The notes under the pieces: generated by a model
The model's input: only the letters and a program-made list of their open reading frames with translations
Told to the model about the DNA's origin: nothing
Database searches by the model: none
Program-made: the position numbers and the translations under genes
In this document: piece by piece, positions 1 to 8,893 of the stretch
How the letters are laid out: every line of letters begins with the position of its first letter
Numbering within the stretch: position 1 is the first letter of the stretch
NCBI GenBank assembly: GCA_965200315.1
Contig: OZ241362.1
Location: 1,216,001 to 1,280,000, forward strand
Reading direction: 5' to 3'
Length of the DNA stretch: 64,000 bases
Source of the DNA: Candidatus Latescibacterota bacterium
Lineage (GTDB): Bacteria > Latescibacterota > UBA2968 > UBA8231

Positions 1-783
1 CAGCGCCGAATGCGGCAGCGACAGCCCCAGCGCCTCGCCCACAACTTGGGTCGTGGCCGCAGTCCCCAAAAACTGACAGCCGCCCCCCGGCGTGGCGCAA
101 GCGCGGCAGCCCAATACCTGAAAGTCGTCAATGTCCATCTCGCCGCGCGCCAGCCGCGACCCGGCGGATTGGATTTTGCCCGCGTCCTCGCCTTCTTCCG
201 GCGGCAGGGTCACCCCGCCGGGCACGACAATGACCGGCAGGTCTGGCGTACCCGCTAGGGCGATGAGGACCGCCGGCAATCCCTTGTCGCAGGTGCCCAC
301 GCCCATCACGCCGCGCCGCGTTGGCAACGAGCGGATCAAGCGGCGCAGGATCATGGCTGCGTCGTTGCGGTACGGCAGGCTATCGAACATGCCCGTCGTA
401 CCCTGCGAGCGGCCATCGCATGGGTCCGAGCAATAAGCGGCAAAGGGGATGCCGCCTCGGCGGTGGATTTCCTCGGCCGCCGCTTCCATCAGCAGGCCGA
501 TTTCCCAGTGGCCAGTGTGGTAGCCCAGCGCAATAGGCCGGCCATCCGGGGCGCGGATGCCGCCCTGCGTACTGACGATGAGAAACTCGCCCCGGCCCAG
601 CTCGTCGGGATTCCAGCCCATCCCCGCATTCTGGCTGTAGCCAAAGATGTGGCCGCTCGGCGCTTCTACTACCTGCTCTATGGTCAGCGGCAGCTTGCCG
701 CTGGGGCCGGGAGCACGGGTGCGGATTTGGTAGATTTCACTATCGGTCTCGCCGACGATGTCTGCAAAGGAATCAGTACTCAT
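1..783 (-). CDS. YjhG/YagF-family D-xylonate dehydratase (IlvD/Edd family), 5' part; runs off the window edge
   Basis: Not in the ORF track because it is open-ended. Manual translation from ATG at 783 gives [14 protein letters not shown]...[12 protein letters not shown]...[25 protein letters not shown]...[11 protein letters not shown], motifs typical of YagF/YjhG. Confidence 0.85.
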   Translation of the reverse strand, partial: MSTDSFADIVGETDSEIYQIRTRAPGPSGKLPLTIEQVVEAPSGHIFGYSQNAGMGWNPDELGRGEFLIVSTQGGIRAPDGRPIALGYHTGHWEIGLLMEAAAEEIHRRGGIPFAAYCSDPCDGRSQGTTGMFDSLPYRNDAAMILRRLIRSLPTRRGVMGVGTCDKGLPAVLIALAGTPDLPVIVVPGGVTLPPEEGEDAGKIQSAGSRLARGEMDIDDFQVLGCRACATPGGGCQFLGTAATTQVVGEALGLSLPHSAL

Positions 784-798
784 GTTGCCTCGTTGTCT

Positions 799-1809
799 TC
801 ACCAGCCCTCTTCGCGGACTTGGATTTTCTCTATCAGGGGACGCCACCAAGCTTCGTTGTCGCGGTACCAGTGGACCGTAGCGCGGAAGCTCTGGGCAAA
901 ATCGACTTGCGGTTTCCAACCTAATTGGGTGCGGATTTTGCTCGAATCAAGTAGATAGCGCCGGTCGTGGCCGGGCCGGTCATCGACATAGGTTTTGTGC
1001 GCGGCATCCATTCCCAAGGCGTCGAGGATCAGATCGGCAATGGTTTCGACGTCTTTTTCAATGCCGCTGCCAACGTTGTACGTCTCTCCGATCCCGCCCT
1101 TTTTCAGCACTAGGTCGATGGCCCGGCAGTGGTCGTCGACGTGGAGCCACTCGCGGCGGTTCTGGCTCGATTTGTACAGCGGCATCTTCTGGCCGGTGAG
1201 CAGGCGGACGACGAAGAAGGGAATGACTTTTTCGGGGAATTGGTACGGGCCAAAGTTGTTGGCGCAGTTCGACAGCGTCACGGGCAAGCCAAAGGTATGG
1301 CCATAAGCGCGGACGGCTAGGTCGGCGGCCGCCTTGGCCGCGTTGTACGGGGTGCGCGGTCGATAGGGCGATTCTTCGCTGAAAGACTCGTCCGCGTCGA
1401 GGGCCAAGTCGCCGTACACTTCACAAGTGGAAACGTGGTGGAAGCGCGGCACTTGGGCATCAGCCGCGGCCTGCAACAGCTTTTGCGTACCCACGACATT
1501 GGTCTGGAAAAAGGCCGAGGGGTTGACAATGGCCAAGCTGTTGTGCGATTCCGCGGCAAAGTTGACCACGTAGTCCGGTCGGTGGACCGCGAAGAGATGA
1601 CGGGTCAGATCAGCGTTCTGAATATCGCCGCGCACAAAGGTGTAGCGGTCGCCGTATTTTTCTTTCACGTCCTGTAGGCTGGCCAAGTTGCCGGCGTAGG
1701 TGAGCAGGTCGTAGTTGACAATGCGGTCGTCGGGGTAGGTCGATAGCCAGTAGCGAATGAAATTGGAGCCGATGAAACCGGCCCCGCCGGTGACGAACAG
1801 GGTAGTCAT
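799..1809 (-). CDS. rfbB: dTDP-glucose 4,6-dehydratase
   Basis: GGAGFIG Rossmann motif, LTYAGN, FAAESH, YNAAK (YxxxK), GPYQFPEK, DRPGHDRRY. Confidence 0.93.
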   Translation of the reverse strand: MTTLFVTGGAGFIGSNFIRYWLSTYPDDRIVNYDLLTYAGNLASLQDVKEKYGDRYTFVRGDIQNADLTRHLFAVHRPDYVVNFAAESHNSLAIVNPSAFFQTNVVGTQKLLQAAADAQVPRFHHVSTCEVYGDLALDADESFSEESPYRPRTPYNAAKAAADLAVRAYGHTFGLPVTLSNCANNFGPYQFPEKVIPFFVVRLLTGQKMPLYKSSQNRREWLHVDDHCRAIDLVLKKGGIGETYNVGSGIEKDVETIADLILDALGMDAAHKTYVDDRPGHDRRYLLDSSKIRTQLGWKPQVDFAQSFRATVHWYRDNEAWWRPLIEKIQVREEGW

Positions 1810-1861
1810 GGATTCTTTTGGTTAGGCATTAGATGCGCGGTCTGTCATTTAATTAATATAA

Positions 1862-1881
1862 CATCTAGGCAACTCGCAGCC
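1862..1881 (+). repeat. Left direct repeat (att-like) of the island
   Basis: 17/20 identity to 11580-11599. Confidence 0.55.
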
Positions 1882-1891
1882 GGGATTTTAG

Positions 1892-1935
1892 TTAATACCC
1901 TTATTACTACCCTCACTCAAGCGTTACTACCCTTA
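1892..1935 (+). repeat. Three 12-bp repeats TTA(A/C)TACCCT(T/C)A spanning the fic stop codon
   Basis: ttaataccctta (1892-1903), ttactaccctca (1904-1915), ttactaccctta (1924-1935). Confidence 0.7.
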
Positions 1936-2978
1936 TTCCCGAGAAAACGCCAGCGCGCACCCGGGCCTCGGCCGCTGCAAGCTACATCGCCGGATTTCTT
2001 TAGCTCCGCTAAAAGAGTGCGAATCCATTCGCGGCCGACGCCGGGACAGGCATACTCTATGTCACTCAGGCGGAATTCGCCCGGTTGGGCGCGGATGGCG
2101 GCGAGCACCAGCTCGGACTTGGCACCCCGTGGAGCCTTGATCTGACCGGCGCGTTCCTCCAACCCGACGTAAGCGCGGCGGATGATCGCAAAGAAGAAAT
2201 TGAACCAAGGCGTCAGTTCGTGTTTGCCGTCGTGCCAGCGCTGTGAACTGAGCCGGAGGCATTCGTAGTAGGACTCCCGGGATTCCTCAATAAGGCGTTC
2301 CAAGCTGATGTAGCGACCAACCTCGTAGCCGTGCTGGTAGAGCGCCAACAGGGTGAGCAGCCGGGACACGCGACCGTTGCCGTCCCGGAAAGGATGAATG
2401 CAAAGGAAATCCAAGACGAGAGCGGCGATGGCGATGAGTGGTGGGATATTCTCCTGGTCAATAGCGTGCTGGTAATGCTGACAGAGTTGTTCTACAGCCG
2501 CCGAGGTCTCCGCAGCCTTCACGCAGCGGAACCGGACCACCGGGGCCTGTCCGGGCAGGAACTCCACGATGTCGTTATCGACTCGTTTGAATTGGCCCGC
2601 GTCGCCGCTGGCGGATTGGCAAAGAGCATGTAGGCGTTGCAGGGTATCCGGCGTGATAGAAAGAGCGGCGTAGTCGGAGTGAATTTCGTTCAAGGCGCGG
2701 CGATAGTCCTGAATCTCCTGCTCGGAGCGGTCGCGGGGTTTGGCTTGGCCGAGCACCAGCGGGTAAAGACGGGCTTGAGCGACCGTCACTCCCTCGATGC
2801 GATTAGAGGATTCAGCACTCTGAATGACAGCTATGTCGCGGAGCGCTTTGAGCGCTTGTGGCGACTGGCGCGTGAATAGCTCCTGTTTGCCCCTCGACTC
2901 GGCGATGTCGTTGAGCAACCACACCGTGCTCAGGGGTGTTTCGTGGTCGCGTAGGCGGTTGTTGCGGAAAGAATTCAT
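1917..2978 (-). CDS. Fic family protein (class II-like) with probable C-terminal winged helix
   Basis: Canonical HPFRDGNGRVSR motif; N-terminal autoinhibitory SNRIEG motif. Confidence 0.92.
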   Translation of the reverse strand: MNSFRNNRLRDHETPLSTVWLLNDIAESRGKQELFTRQSPQALKALRDIAVIQSAESSNRIEGVTVAQARLYPLVLGQAKPRDRSEQEIQDYRRALNEIHSDYAALSITPDTLQRLHALCQSASGDAGQFKRVDNDIVEFLPGQAPVVRFRCVKAAETSAAVEQLCQHYQHAIDQENIPPLIAIAALVLDFLCIHPFRDGNGRVSRLLTLLALYQHGYEVGRYISLERLIEESRESYYECLRLSSQRWHDGKHELTPWFNFFFAIIRRAYVGLEERAGQIKAPRGAKSELVLAAIRAQPGEFRLSDIEYACPGVGREWIRTLLAELKKSGDVACSGRGPGARWRFLGNKGSNA

Positions 2979-3084
2979 GGTTTGAGAGGAGATTCAAAGC
3001 GCAAGCAAGTTCTGGCTGAGCCGGGGATATGGACGATGCCGTTGAACTGGTACCCTGAAGATAGCACGGATACCCGAAACACGT

Positions 3085-4050
3085 CTATAAAAAATGTTTA
3101 CCAGCATGATCTGTAAACGAATCAGCGTCGCGGATGTATTGCATGACCGTGGCCGGGTTAGTGTGGCGGGTGACGGCCATGATTTTGTCTAGTCGGGCAT
3201 GATGCACTGCCGCGCTGGTGACAAAACCTGCCCGCAGGGAATGCCCTGCTACTTCTTTGGGGTCCAGTCCGATCCGTGCAGCATAGTGCTTGACAAGGCG
3301 TGGGATATCAGAATGGTGCAGCGGCTTGCCTTGCACATGGCCACCACGCTTCATCGTCTGAAATAGTGGGCCGCACATGATCCCCGACGCATTAAGCCAC
3401 ATCTGAAGACGATGGACAGGACGGATAACACGGCCGTCCAAGATGGCGATTTTTTGCCCCCTCCCCTGTTGATCCGTCTTGGAGTGCCGGATGGTAAGAA
3501 ACATGCGCTGACTCGCTTCCTCTGTAGGTTCAAAGAACTCAACATCCTCTACGGTCAGACCGCATATCTCCGAGCGCCGCAGGGCACCCGCAAAGCCGAG
3601 GGCCAAAATAGCCGCGTCGCGCCGCCCGATGGTCGTATCAGCACATTGAGAAAGCATGGCTTGAATATGGTATTCCCTGAGTGCTTCTACTCGACGACAC
3701 GCGGTACCTTTGAGCCGGGCCAACCCTTTGAGGGTGGCACGGACCACGGGATGATTGGTCGGAGACGACTTTCCGGCGTCGGTATATTTCTTGTTGATGG
3801 CACTCTTATAGAGCGTCACAGTGCCCATAGATAGCACGGTACCGTGCTGGCTCGGCTTTGTCGCTAGATGCACGAGAAAACGCGCTACCATATCCGGGGA
3901 GGCAGATAACGGGTCGTCAAGATGCTCTTTTGTGCAGTAGTTGGTGAACCTAGACCATCCTTTTTCATAGGCAACGCGGGTATTTGTCGCCAATGCGGAG
4001 GAAAGGACATTGGTATGGAAACCTTGCTCAATCATGGCTGAGGATCTCAA
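3085..4050 (-). CDS. Cre-like site-specific tyrosine recombinase (putative invertase/integrase)
   Basis: Catalytic residues intact: GALRRSE (R), HSKTDQ (K), GHSLRAG (HxxR), TRH, MQYIR (Y). Start is probably TTG at 4050 (GGAG RBS) or ATG at 4035. Confidence 0.92.
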   Translation of the reverse strand: MRSSAMIEQGFHTNVLSSALATNTRVAYEKGWSRFTNYCTKEHLDDPLSASPDMVARFLVHLATKPSQHGTVLSMGTVTLYKSAINKKYTDAGKSSPTNHPVVRATLKGLARLKGTACRRVEALREYHIQAMLSQCADTTIGRRDAAILALGFAGALRRSEICGLTVEDVEFFEPTEEASQRMFLTIRHSKTDQQGRGQKIAILDGRVIRPVHRLQMWLNASGIMCGPLFQTMKRGGHVQGKPLHHSDIPRLVKHYAARIGLDPKEVAGHSLRAGFVTSAAVHHARLDKIMAVTRHTNPATVMQYIRDADSFTDHAGKHFL

Positions 4051-4111
4051 TGGTAACTCCTTTGTTAGGGTTTTAGTGTCTTGAAACTTGCAAGATATGA
4101 CCGAACAACAT

Positions 4112-4283
4112 GATATTGCCATTTATCGAGGAGTTCTTACTGGTTACAATGACGCCTTTATCATTGATAACAACACTAAAGAAGCATTGATCGCCGAAGA
4201 TCCACGCTCTGCCGACATCCTCAAGCCTGTGCTGCGCGGACGGGATATAAAACGCTATCGGGCAGAGTGGGCAGGCCTGTGGC
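4112..4283 (+). repeat. Inverted repeat IR1-left (172 bp, imperfect)
   Basis: Pairs with 5534-5705; perfect sub-blocks of 12, 29 and 33 bp. Confidence 0.93.
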
Positions 4284-4425
4284 TAATTGACACACACAAC
4301 GGGTACGGCAGTGTTACGGCTGTCGATGTAGATGAATACCCAGCCATCAAAAATCATTTGGACCAGTTCTATTTCCAACTGAAAAAGCGGCAAGATAAAG
4401 GTAGGACACCGTATAATCTTCGTAA

Positions 4426-4462
4426 TTGCGCTTACCACGAAGTATTTGAAAAGGAAAAGCTG
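4426..4462 (+). repeat. Inverted repeat IR2-left (37 bp, perfect)
   Basis: TTGCGCTTACCACGAAGTATTTGAAAAGGAAAAGCTG is the exact reverse complement of 5328-5364. Confidence 0.95.
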
Positions 4463-4713
4463 GTGTGGATGGATCTGACGGAACAAGGACGGTTTGCGTA
4501 TGACGTGGATGGCCTGTTCTGCTTAAACACGGCATTTATTATGTCAGGTCCATCAATCAAATATTTATGCGCCCTGCTTAATTCTAATCTGATAACTTGG
4601 TTTATGAGAAACACTGCTCTGAGTTCTGGAATGGGTGTTACGAGATGGATTAATGCTTCCGTAGAATCAATCCCCATTCCGAAAATCACTATAGAAGAGC
4701 AACTTTCATTCAT

Positions 4714-4739
4714 CCGGTTGGTTGACCGTATCTTGAAGG
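4714..4739 (+). repeat. Inverted repeat IR3-left (26 bp, 2 mismatches)
   Basis: CCGGTTGGTTGACCGTATCTTGAAGG versus the reverse complement of 5048-5073. Confidence 0.75.
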
Positions 4740-4922
4740 TCAAAATATCTAACCCAACAGCCGATGTCAGCGATCAGGAGACAGAGATAGACCGCCTCAT
4801 CTATGCCCTCTATGGTCTGAAAAAAAAAGAAATCGCAGCGGTATCAGTAAAGGACAAATCATAGGTAAATCAAATTCTAAACGGCACCAAAACATAGTTT
4901 TATGAGCCGTCACGTTGATCGT

Positions 4923-7900
4923 CTAGGGTAGAAGATGCTCCTCTACTGCGAATATCTCCGTCTCCGTCAGTCCGTACAATTCGTAAACCTGCATATTAAT
5001 TTTGGCTTCAGTGGCAGATACATCGGCTTCCGGGTTAGTCGCTTTAGCCTTCAGGATACGGTCAACTAACCGGGCAAAAGGATGCTGCTTTACGGTAGGG
5101 ACTTGGGGAATAGGCAGGCGTTCTACCACAAATTTATCCCATTGGGTGAGTCCCATACCAGTCGTTACTGCGGTGTTCCGGACCTGCCAAGTTATGAGGC
5201 GACTATTCAAAATCGCACAGAGGTATTTGAGAGAATTTCCAGTGACAACAAATGCCTTTTGGTTGCAGAAAATAGTCTCCGAGTCGGAATATGCGAATCT
5301 GCCATTTGGTGCCATGTGCATCCAAAACAGCTTTTCCTTTTCAAATACTTCGTGGTAAGCGCAAGTATCCTGTAATTCGTACCAAGTATGCACAGTCTTT
5401 TTTCTTGATTTAGTGCCATTCGGAAGGGTTCTGCCCGATTGTTCTAATCTCGCTTCGCCAAAAGATAGCAGGTGTCTTTTCACGGCTGGATAGTCATCAA
5501 TGTTGAGTGCGAGAGCAGGAAATGTTGCTATCGGCCACAGGCCTGCCCACTCTGCCCGATAGCGTTGAATATCTCGGCCTCTCAGCACAGGCTTGAGGAT
5601 ATCGGCAGAGCGTGGATCTTCGGCTATCAACGCTTCTTTAGTGTTGTTATCAATGATAAAAGCATCGTTGTAGCCCGTCTTAATTCCGTAGTTAATGGCA
5701 ATATCCCACTCTTTCAGCGGCGTTCCCGCAGATTCCATCTTATCCATAATGCTCTGTTCAATGACCGATAGCGCACTCCACGGCTTTTCACCTTGCGGAC
5801 GCAACGTTCCCCACAGGGATTCGTCGGGTGGAAAGGTTTTATCGGACAAACGATCCATGTCCACGGCCTTGCCGATTTCATTACTCTTGCCATTGCGTAC
5901 TATCAGGACATTGGTATCCACAATGGCTTTTTCAAAAACATCTTTGCCCATTTCCAGCAGGCGCATCGGCGTGTGATGCTCAAAGAAGTAGCGGCGCAAG
6001 GCTTTGCCGTACTCTGCCTTGAGCCAGCTATTAGATGTGATATAGGCCAGCAAGCCTTGGGCTGGTTTGAGCAGCCGGCAGCCGCGCTCGTAGAAAAGCT
6101 GGTAAATGTCGCCAGTGCGGGCGAACGTTGCGTAGCCAGCATCCTTGTAGAGCTTGCCCAGTTCGCCGCTGTTTTTCTGCAATTGAATGTACGGCGGATT
6201 CCCGATCACCACATCAAACCCATCCTCCACTCCAAACATATACTCAGCGTCGAACCAACCCGCTTTCTCATTCTGGTCGTAGGGATCCCACCGCGCAATT
6301 TTACTAGCGTCATCTTCGGGAAGGCCGGCGGAAATCAGTTCCTTTGCCAATGCCTTACGCAACCGTTTGTCCTCATCTCTACAGGCCAGTTTTTTCCGGC
6401 GCGTGGTCGCGTGAAAATGCCGCTCGCGATTTTTCACCAAGTTTGTTTTCAGGGCCTCTATTTGCTGACGGAACAAGTCTAATTGATCCGCTTCCTCGAT
6501 TCCCAACAGCGTGTTCGCCGCCACAAAGCGCGTCTCCAGATTCGGCAGCGGCTTGATGCCAAAGTTCTCGACAGCCGCGTCGGCTTCCTGCTCAATCGCC
6601 AGCGAAATGAAAAAGCGCAGTTTGGCGATCTGGCAAGCGACCGGCTGAATATCCACGCCAAATATGCTGTTCTGAATCAAGTATAGCTTGCGCCCAAAAT
6701 CGCCCGAATACCGCTCGAAAATTTCGCTGATTCCGGTTAGTTCGTCATTGCGTTCCTGTTGATTCCGGGTATCGAAAGCCGCCGCGGCTCGTTGAGTAGC
6801 GCGCTCCTTTTGCAATGCCTGCCAGCGTTTATTCTCAGGGTCAATCCGCTGCAACGCCAAGGTCAGCTTGTGCAGTATGCCTATCGGAAACGCACCGGAA
6901 CCGACCGCCGGATCAAGCACCTTGATCTCCGCAATCGCCCGCACAATGCTCTCGGCTTCGGCTTCTTTAAAAAGTTCATTGGCATCATCAAATGCGTCTT
7001 CATAATCCAACAAATAGCGCAAACGATCTCGCCAGCACACCGCGCCGCCATCGTCGGGCTGCGCTCTTTCCGCCAGCGCTGCCACCAACGCCTCCTCCAC
7101 CATGTAATCCACCACAACGCGGGGTGTATAGTACGATCCAGTCTGCTTGCGCGCTGTCTCGCGGGTCTCTGGATTGTAGGCCGCCAGCAAGTTCTCAAAG
7201 ACCTTGCCGAGCAGTTCCGGGTCCAGAGCAACCTCCTGCTCCGCGGGCGTGTTTTCCTCCACCGTGAATTTGTAGTGGTTGAGCAGGGGAAATAGGCCGG
7301 CGGCGTCAAAAAATAGCCGGTTGGGAATGGACAAAAGCCCGTATTCCTTAGTGCCGGGTTTGATTGCGTTGTCGGAAAAGCAGTCAACGCGCCAGCCGCC
7401 ATAGCGCGTCGCTTCCTCGCTGTCCAAACAATCGAACAAGCCGCCGTTGATGAATGGGGTCTGGGCGAACAGGCCCAGCAGCGCATCAGGATCGCTAATC
7501 TCCCGTTTGTAGCGATACAAAGAAAAATTGCGGTGCGTGGCGTTTTGCGCTTGACTGAACCCACGTTTGTCGAGCTCGGTGTTCAGGGTGGCGAAAAACA
7601 GGTTTTGCAGCACCGCACGATAGTAGGAATCGCCGGTGTCGCGGTTGTAGTTTTTTAGCAGCAGGCGGATTCGTGCCTCGACGAACAGGTCGCCGGCAGT
7701 CAGCCCCTTCTCCTTCATAAACCAGACGAACAGCAGGCGCGTGATGAGGCGAATGACGTGCTCTTCGGCGGGCAGGGTGCGGGCCTGAGCGGTGGGAAAC
7801 CGGGCCTCGCCGACGGCGCGATCAAACCAAGTGAACAGCTCCCGGTAAAACCGTCGGTTGAGCTCTTCGGTGTCCAGTTTGTCTAACCACGCAGCCAGCA

Positions 7901-8543
7901 GGCCATCAAAATTGTGCGGCTTGTCGTGAGCATCCATCCACTCGGCACATTCGGCTAGCGACAGTTCGGCCAAAACATCCAAGTGGGCGCGATGGGGGCT
8001 GCCCGGGTCAATTTCCCGTATCAGCGACACATGGCCTAGCACATCGCGCCTTGGGTCGCGCTGGTGCTCGCGACGATGTACAAAGGCCAAGGTGAGCTTC
8101 TTATCGGCGGTTCTGAACAAAACGACCGAGGGTTGGACCAAGCGCTTGTTGAGCTCGCGGGTGAACTGCGCGTACTGGCCACGTGCGTAGGTTGCTTCCT
8201 TCAGTTCCACGGCGAAGAAGATAAAGCTCTGCTGCCGTCCCTTGTCGAAAAAAGCGGCCGTAAACCCAAACGCCGGCTGATTAGTTGAGGCGATTTCGTC
8301 GCTAGTAAACTGAAAGACAAGCCGCACGGATTGGACGTTTTCGCAGAAGGCCTGCTCCGTTTTGGTGTTTCCTTTCTCGGCGGGGAACTGCGCGATGAAG
8401 TCGGCAACATCGCCTGTCTGCTCAGGCAAGGTGCGCTCGCTGCGGTAGCCAAGAACAGCCAGTACGTCTTGCGTTGCCGCGGCAAAATCGCCCTGCGGCA
8501 TGGCCGCAAGAACGGCGCGTACATCCTCTTTTATGCTGCTCAT
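4923..8543 (-). CDS. Type IIG-like (Eco57I/TaqI_C) restriction-modification enzyme / N6-adenine methyltransferase
   Basis: GSYYTP, motif I VLDPAVGSGAF, motif IV IGNPPY, C-terminal TRD. The start at 8543 overlaps the helicase stop (ATGA) and has an RBS. An endonuclease active site was not confidently identified. Confidence 0.9.
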   Translation of the reverse strand: MSSIKEDVRAVLAAMPQGDFAAATQDVLAVLGYRSERTLPEQTGDVADFIAQFPAEKGNTKTEQAFCENVQSVRLVFQFTSDEIASTNQPAFGFTAAFFDKGRQQSFIFFAVELKEATYARGQYAQFTRELNKRLVQPSVVLFRTADKKLTLAFVHRREHQRDPRRDVLGHVSLIREIDPGSPHRAHLDVLAELSLAECAEWMDAHDKPHNFDGLLAAWLDKLDTEELNRRFYRELFTWFDRAVGEARFPTAQARTLPAEEHVIRLITRLLFVWFMKEKGLTAGDLFVEARIRLLLKNYNRDTGDSYYRAVLQNLFFATLNTELDKRGFSQAQNATHRNFSLYRYKREISDPDALLGLFAQTPFINGGLFDCLDSEEATRYGGWRVDCFSDNAIKPGTKEYGLLSIPNRLFFDAAGLFPLLNHYKFTVEENTPAEQEVALDPELLGKVFENLLAAYNPETRETARKQTGSYYTPRVVVDYMVEEALVAALAERAQPDDGGAVCWRDRLRYLLDYEDAFDDANELFKEAEAESIVRAIAEIKVLDPAVGSGAFPIGILHKLTLALQRIDPENKRWQALQKERATQRAAAAFDTRNQQERNDELTGISEIFERYSGDFGRKLYLIQNSIFGVDIQPVACQIAKLRFFISLAIEQEADAAVENFGIKPLPNLETRFVAANTLLGIEEADQLDLFRQQIEALKTNLVKNRERHFHATTRRKKLACRDEDKRLRKALAKELISAGLPEDDASKIARWDPYDQNEKAGWFDAEYMFGVEDGFDVVIGNPPYIQLQKNSGELGKLYKDAGYATFARTGDIYQLFYERGCRLLKPAQGLLAYITSNSWLKAEYGKALRRYFFEHHTPMRLLEMGKDVFEKAIVDTNVLIVRNGKSNEIGKAVDMDRLSDKTFPPDESLWGTLRPQGEKPWSALSVIEQSIMDKMESAGTPLKEWDIAINYGIKTGYNDAFIIDNNTKEALIAEDPRSADILKPVLRGRDIQRYRAEWAGLWPIATFPALALNIDDYPAVKRHLLSFGEARLEQSGRTLPNGTKSRKKTVHTWYELQDTCAYHEVFEKEKLFWMHMAPNGRFAYSDSETIFCNQKAFVVTGNSLKYLCAILNSRLITWQVRNTAVTTGMGLTQWDKFVVERLPIPQVPTVKQHPFARLVDRILKAKATNPEADVSATEAKINMQVYELYGLTETEIFAVEEHLLP
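5048..5073 (-). repeat. Inverted repeat IR3-right
   Basis: Partner of 4714-4739. Confidence 0.75.
5328..5364 (-). repeat. Inverted repeat IR2-right
   Basis: Partner of 4426-4462. Confidence 0.95.
5534..5705 (-). repeat. Inverted repeat IR1-right
   Basis: Partner of 4112-4283; same length, no indels. Confidence 0.93.
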
Positions 8544-8893
8544 GTTGTCTCTTTCCTCGTGCTCATTGTCAAGAGGGTGCCGACTCTCTGTAAAATTGCA
8601 TCTACTGTCTGCGTGGGCAAAGAGCATATAAACGCTGTATTTCTTGCCCGCCAATCCATACTCTTGACTTGATCTGTTAGAATAACGCCCGGCACATCCT
8701 GCCTCTCGGGCATGGCGACTTCAAAGGGATACCCTTTCACGTGACTGGTAACTGGGCAAAAAATCGCCAAACGGGTCTTGCTGTTATAAGCCCTCGGTGA
8801 GAGTACAACGGCGGGGCGACGGCCACCTTGCTCATGCCCTGCTTGCGGATTGAAGTCAATCCATACGACATCGCCGCGCTGTTTTAGCTCCAT
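8540..8893 (-). other. mazF: MazF/PemK endoribonuclease domain within the helicase ORF
   Basis: RGDVVWIDFNPQAGHEQGGRRPAVVLSP...CPVTSHVKGYPFEV...ILTDQVKSMDWRAR closely parallels E. coli MazF (GHRPAVVLSP, KGYPFEV, DQVKSIAWRAR). Confidence 0.9.

Larger units (their letters stand above)
4097..4864 (+). other. Silent alternative C-terminal target-recognition cassette (TaqI_C-like) of the type IIG enzyme, in inverted orientation
   Basis: ~255-codon ORF colinear with the last ~260 aa of 4923-8543. It shares TGYNDAFIIDNNTKEALIAEDPRSADILKPVLRGRDI and CAYHEVFEKEKL but differs between these blocks. No methylase domain and no clear RBS. Confidence 0.88.

Noticed and set aside
10-958. Plus-strand ORFs here and the many other antisense ORFs in the track
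   Set aside because: These are shadow ORFs of GC-rich genes on the opposite strand, with no recognisable motifs.
1892-1935. CRISPR-like array
   Set aside because: Units are only 12 bp with 0-8-bp spacers, and no cas genes are present.
4820-4828. A9 tract as a slipped-strand phase-variation switch
   Set aside because: It lies in the last ~15 codons of the silent cassette, so slippage would barely affect the product.
8544-8654. N-terminal extension of the type IIG ORF given by the ORF track
   Set aside because: It overlaps the MazF domain; the ATG at 8543 has an RBS and ATGA coupling.
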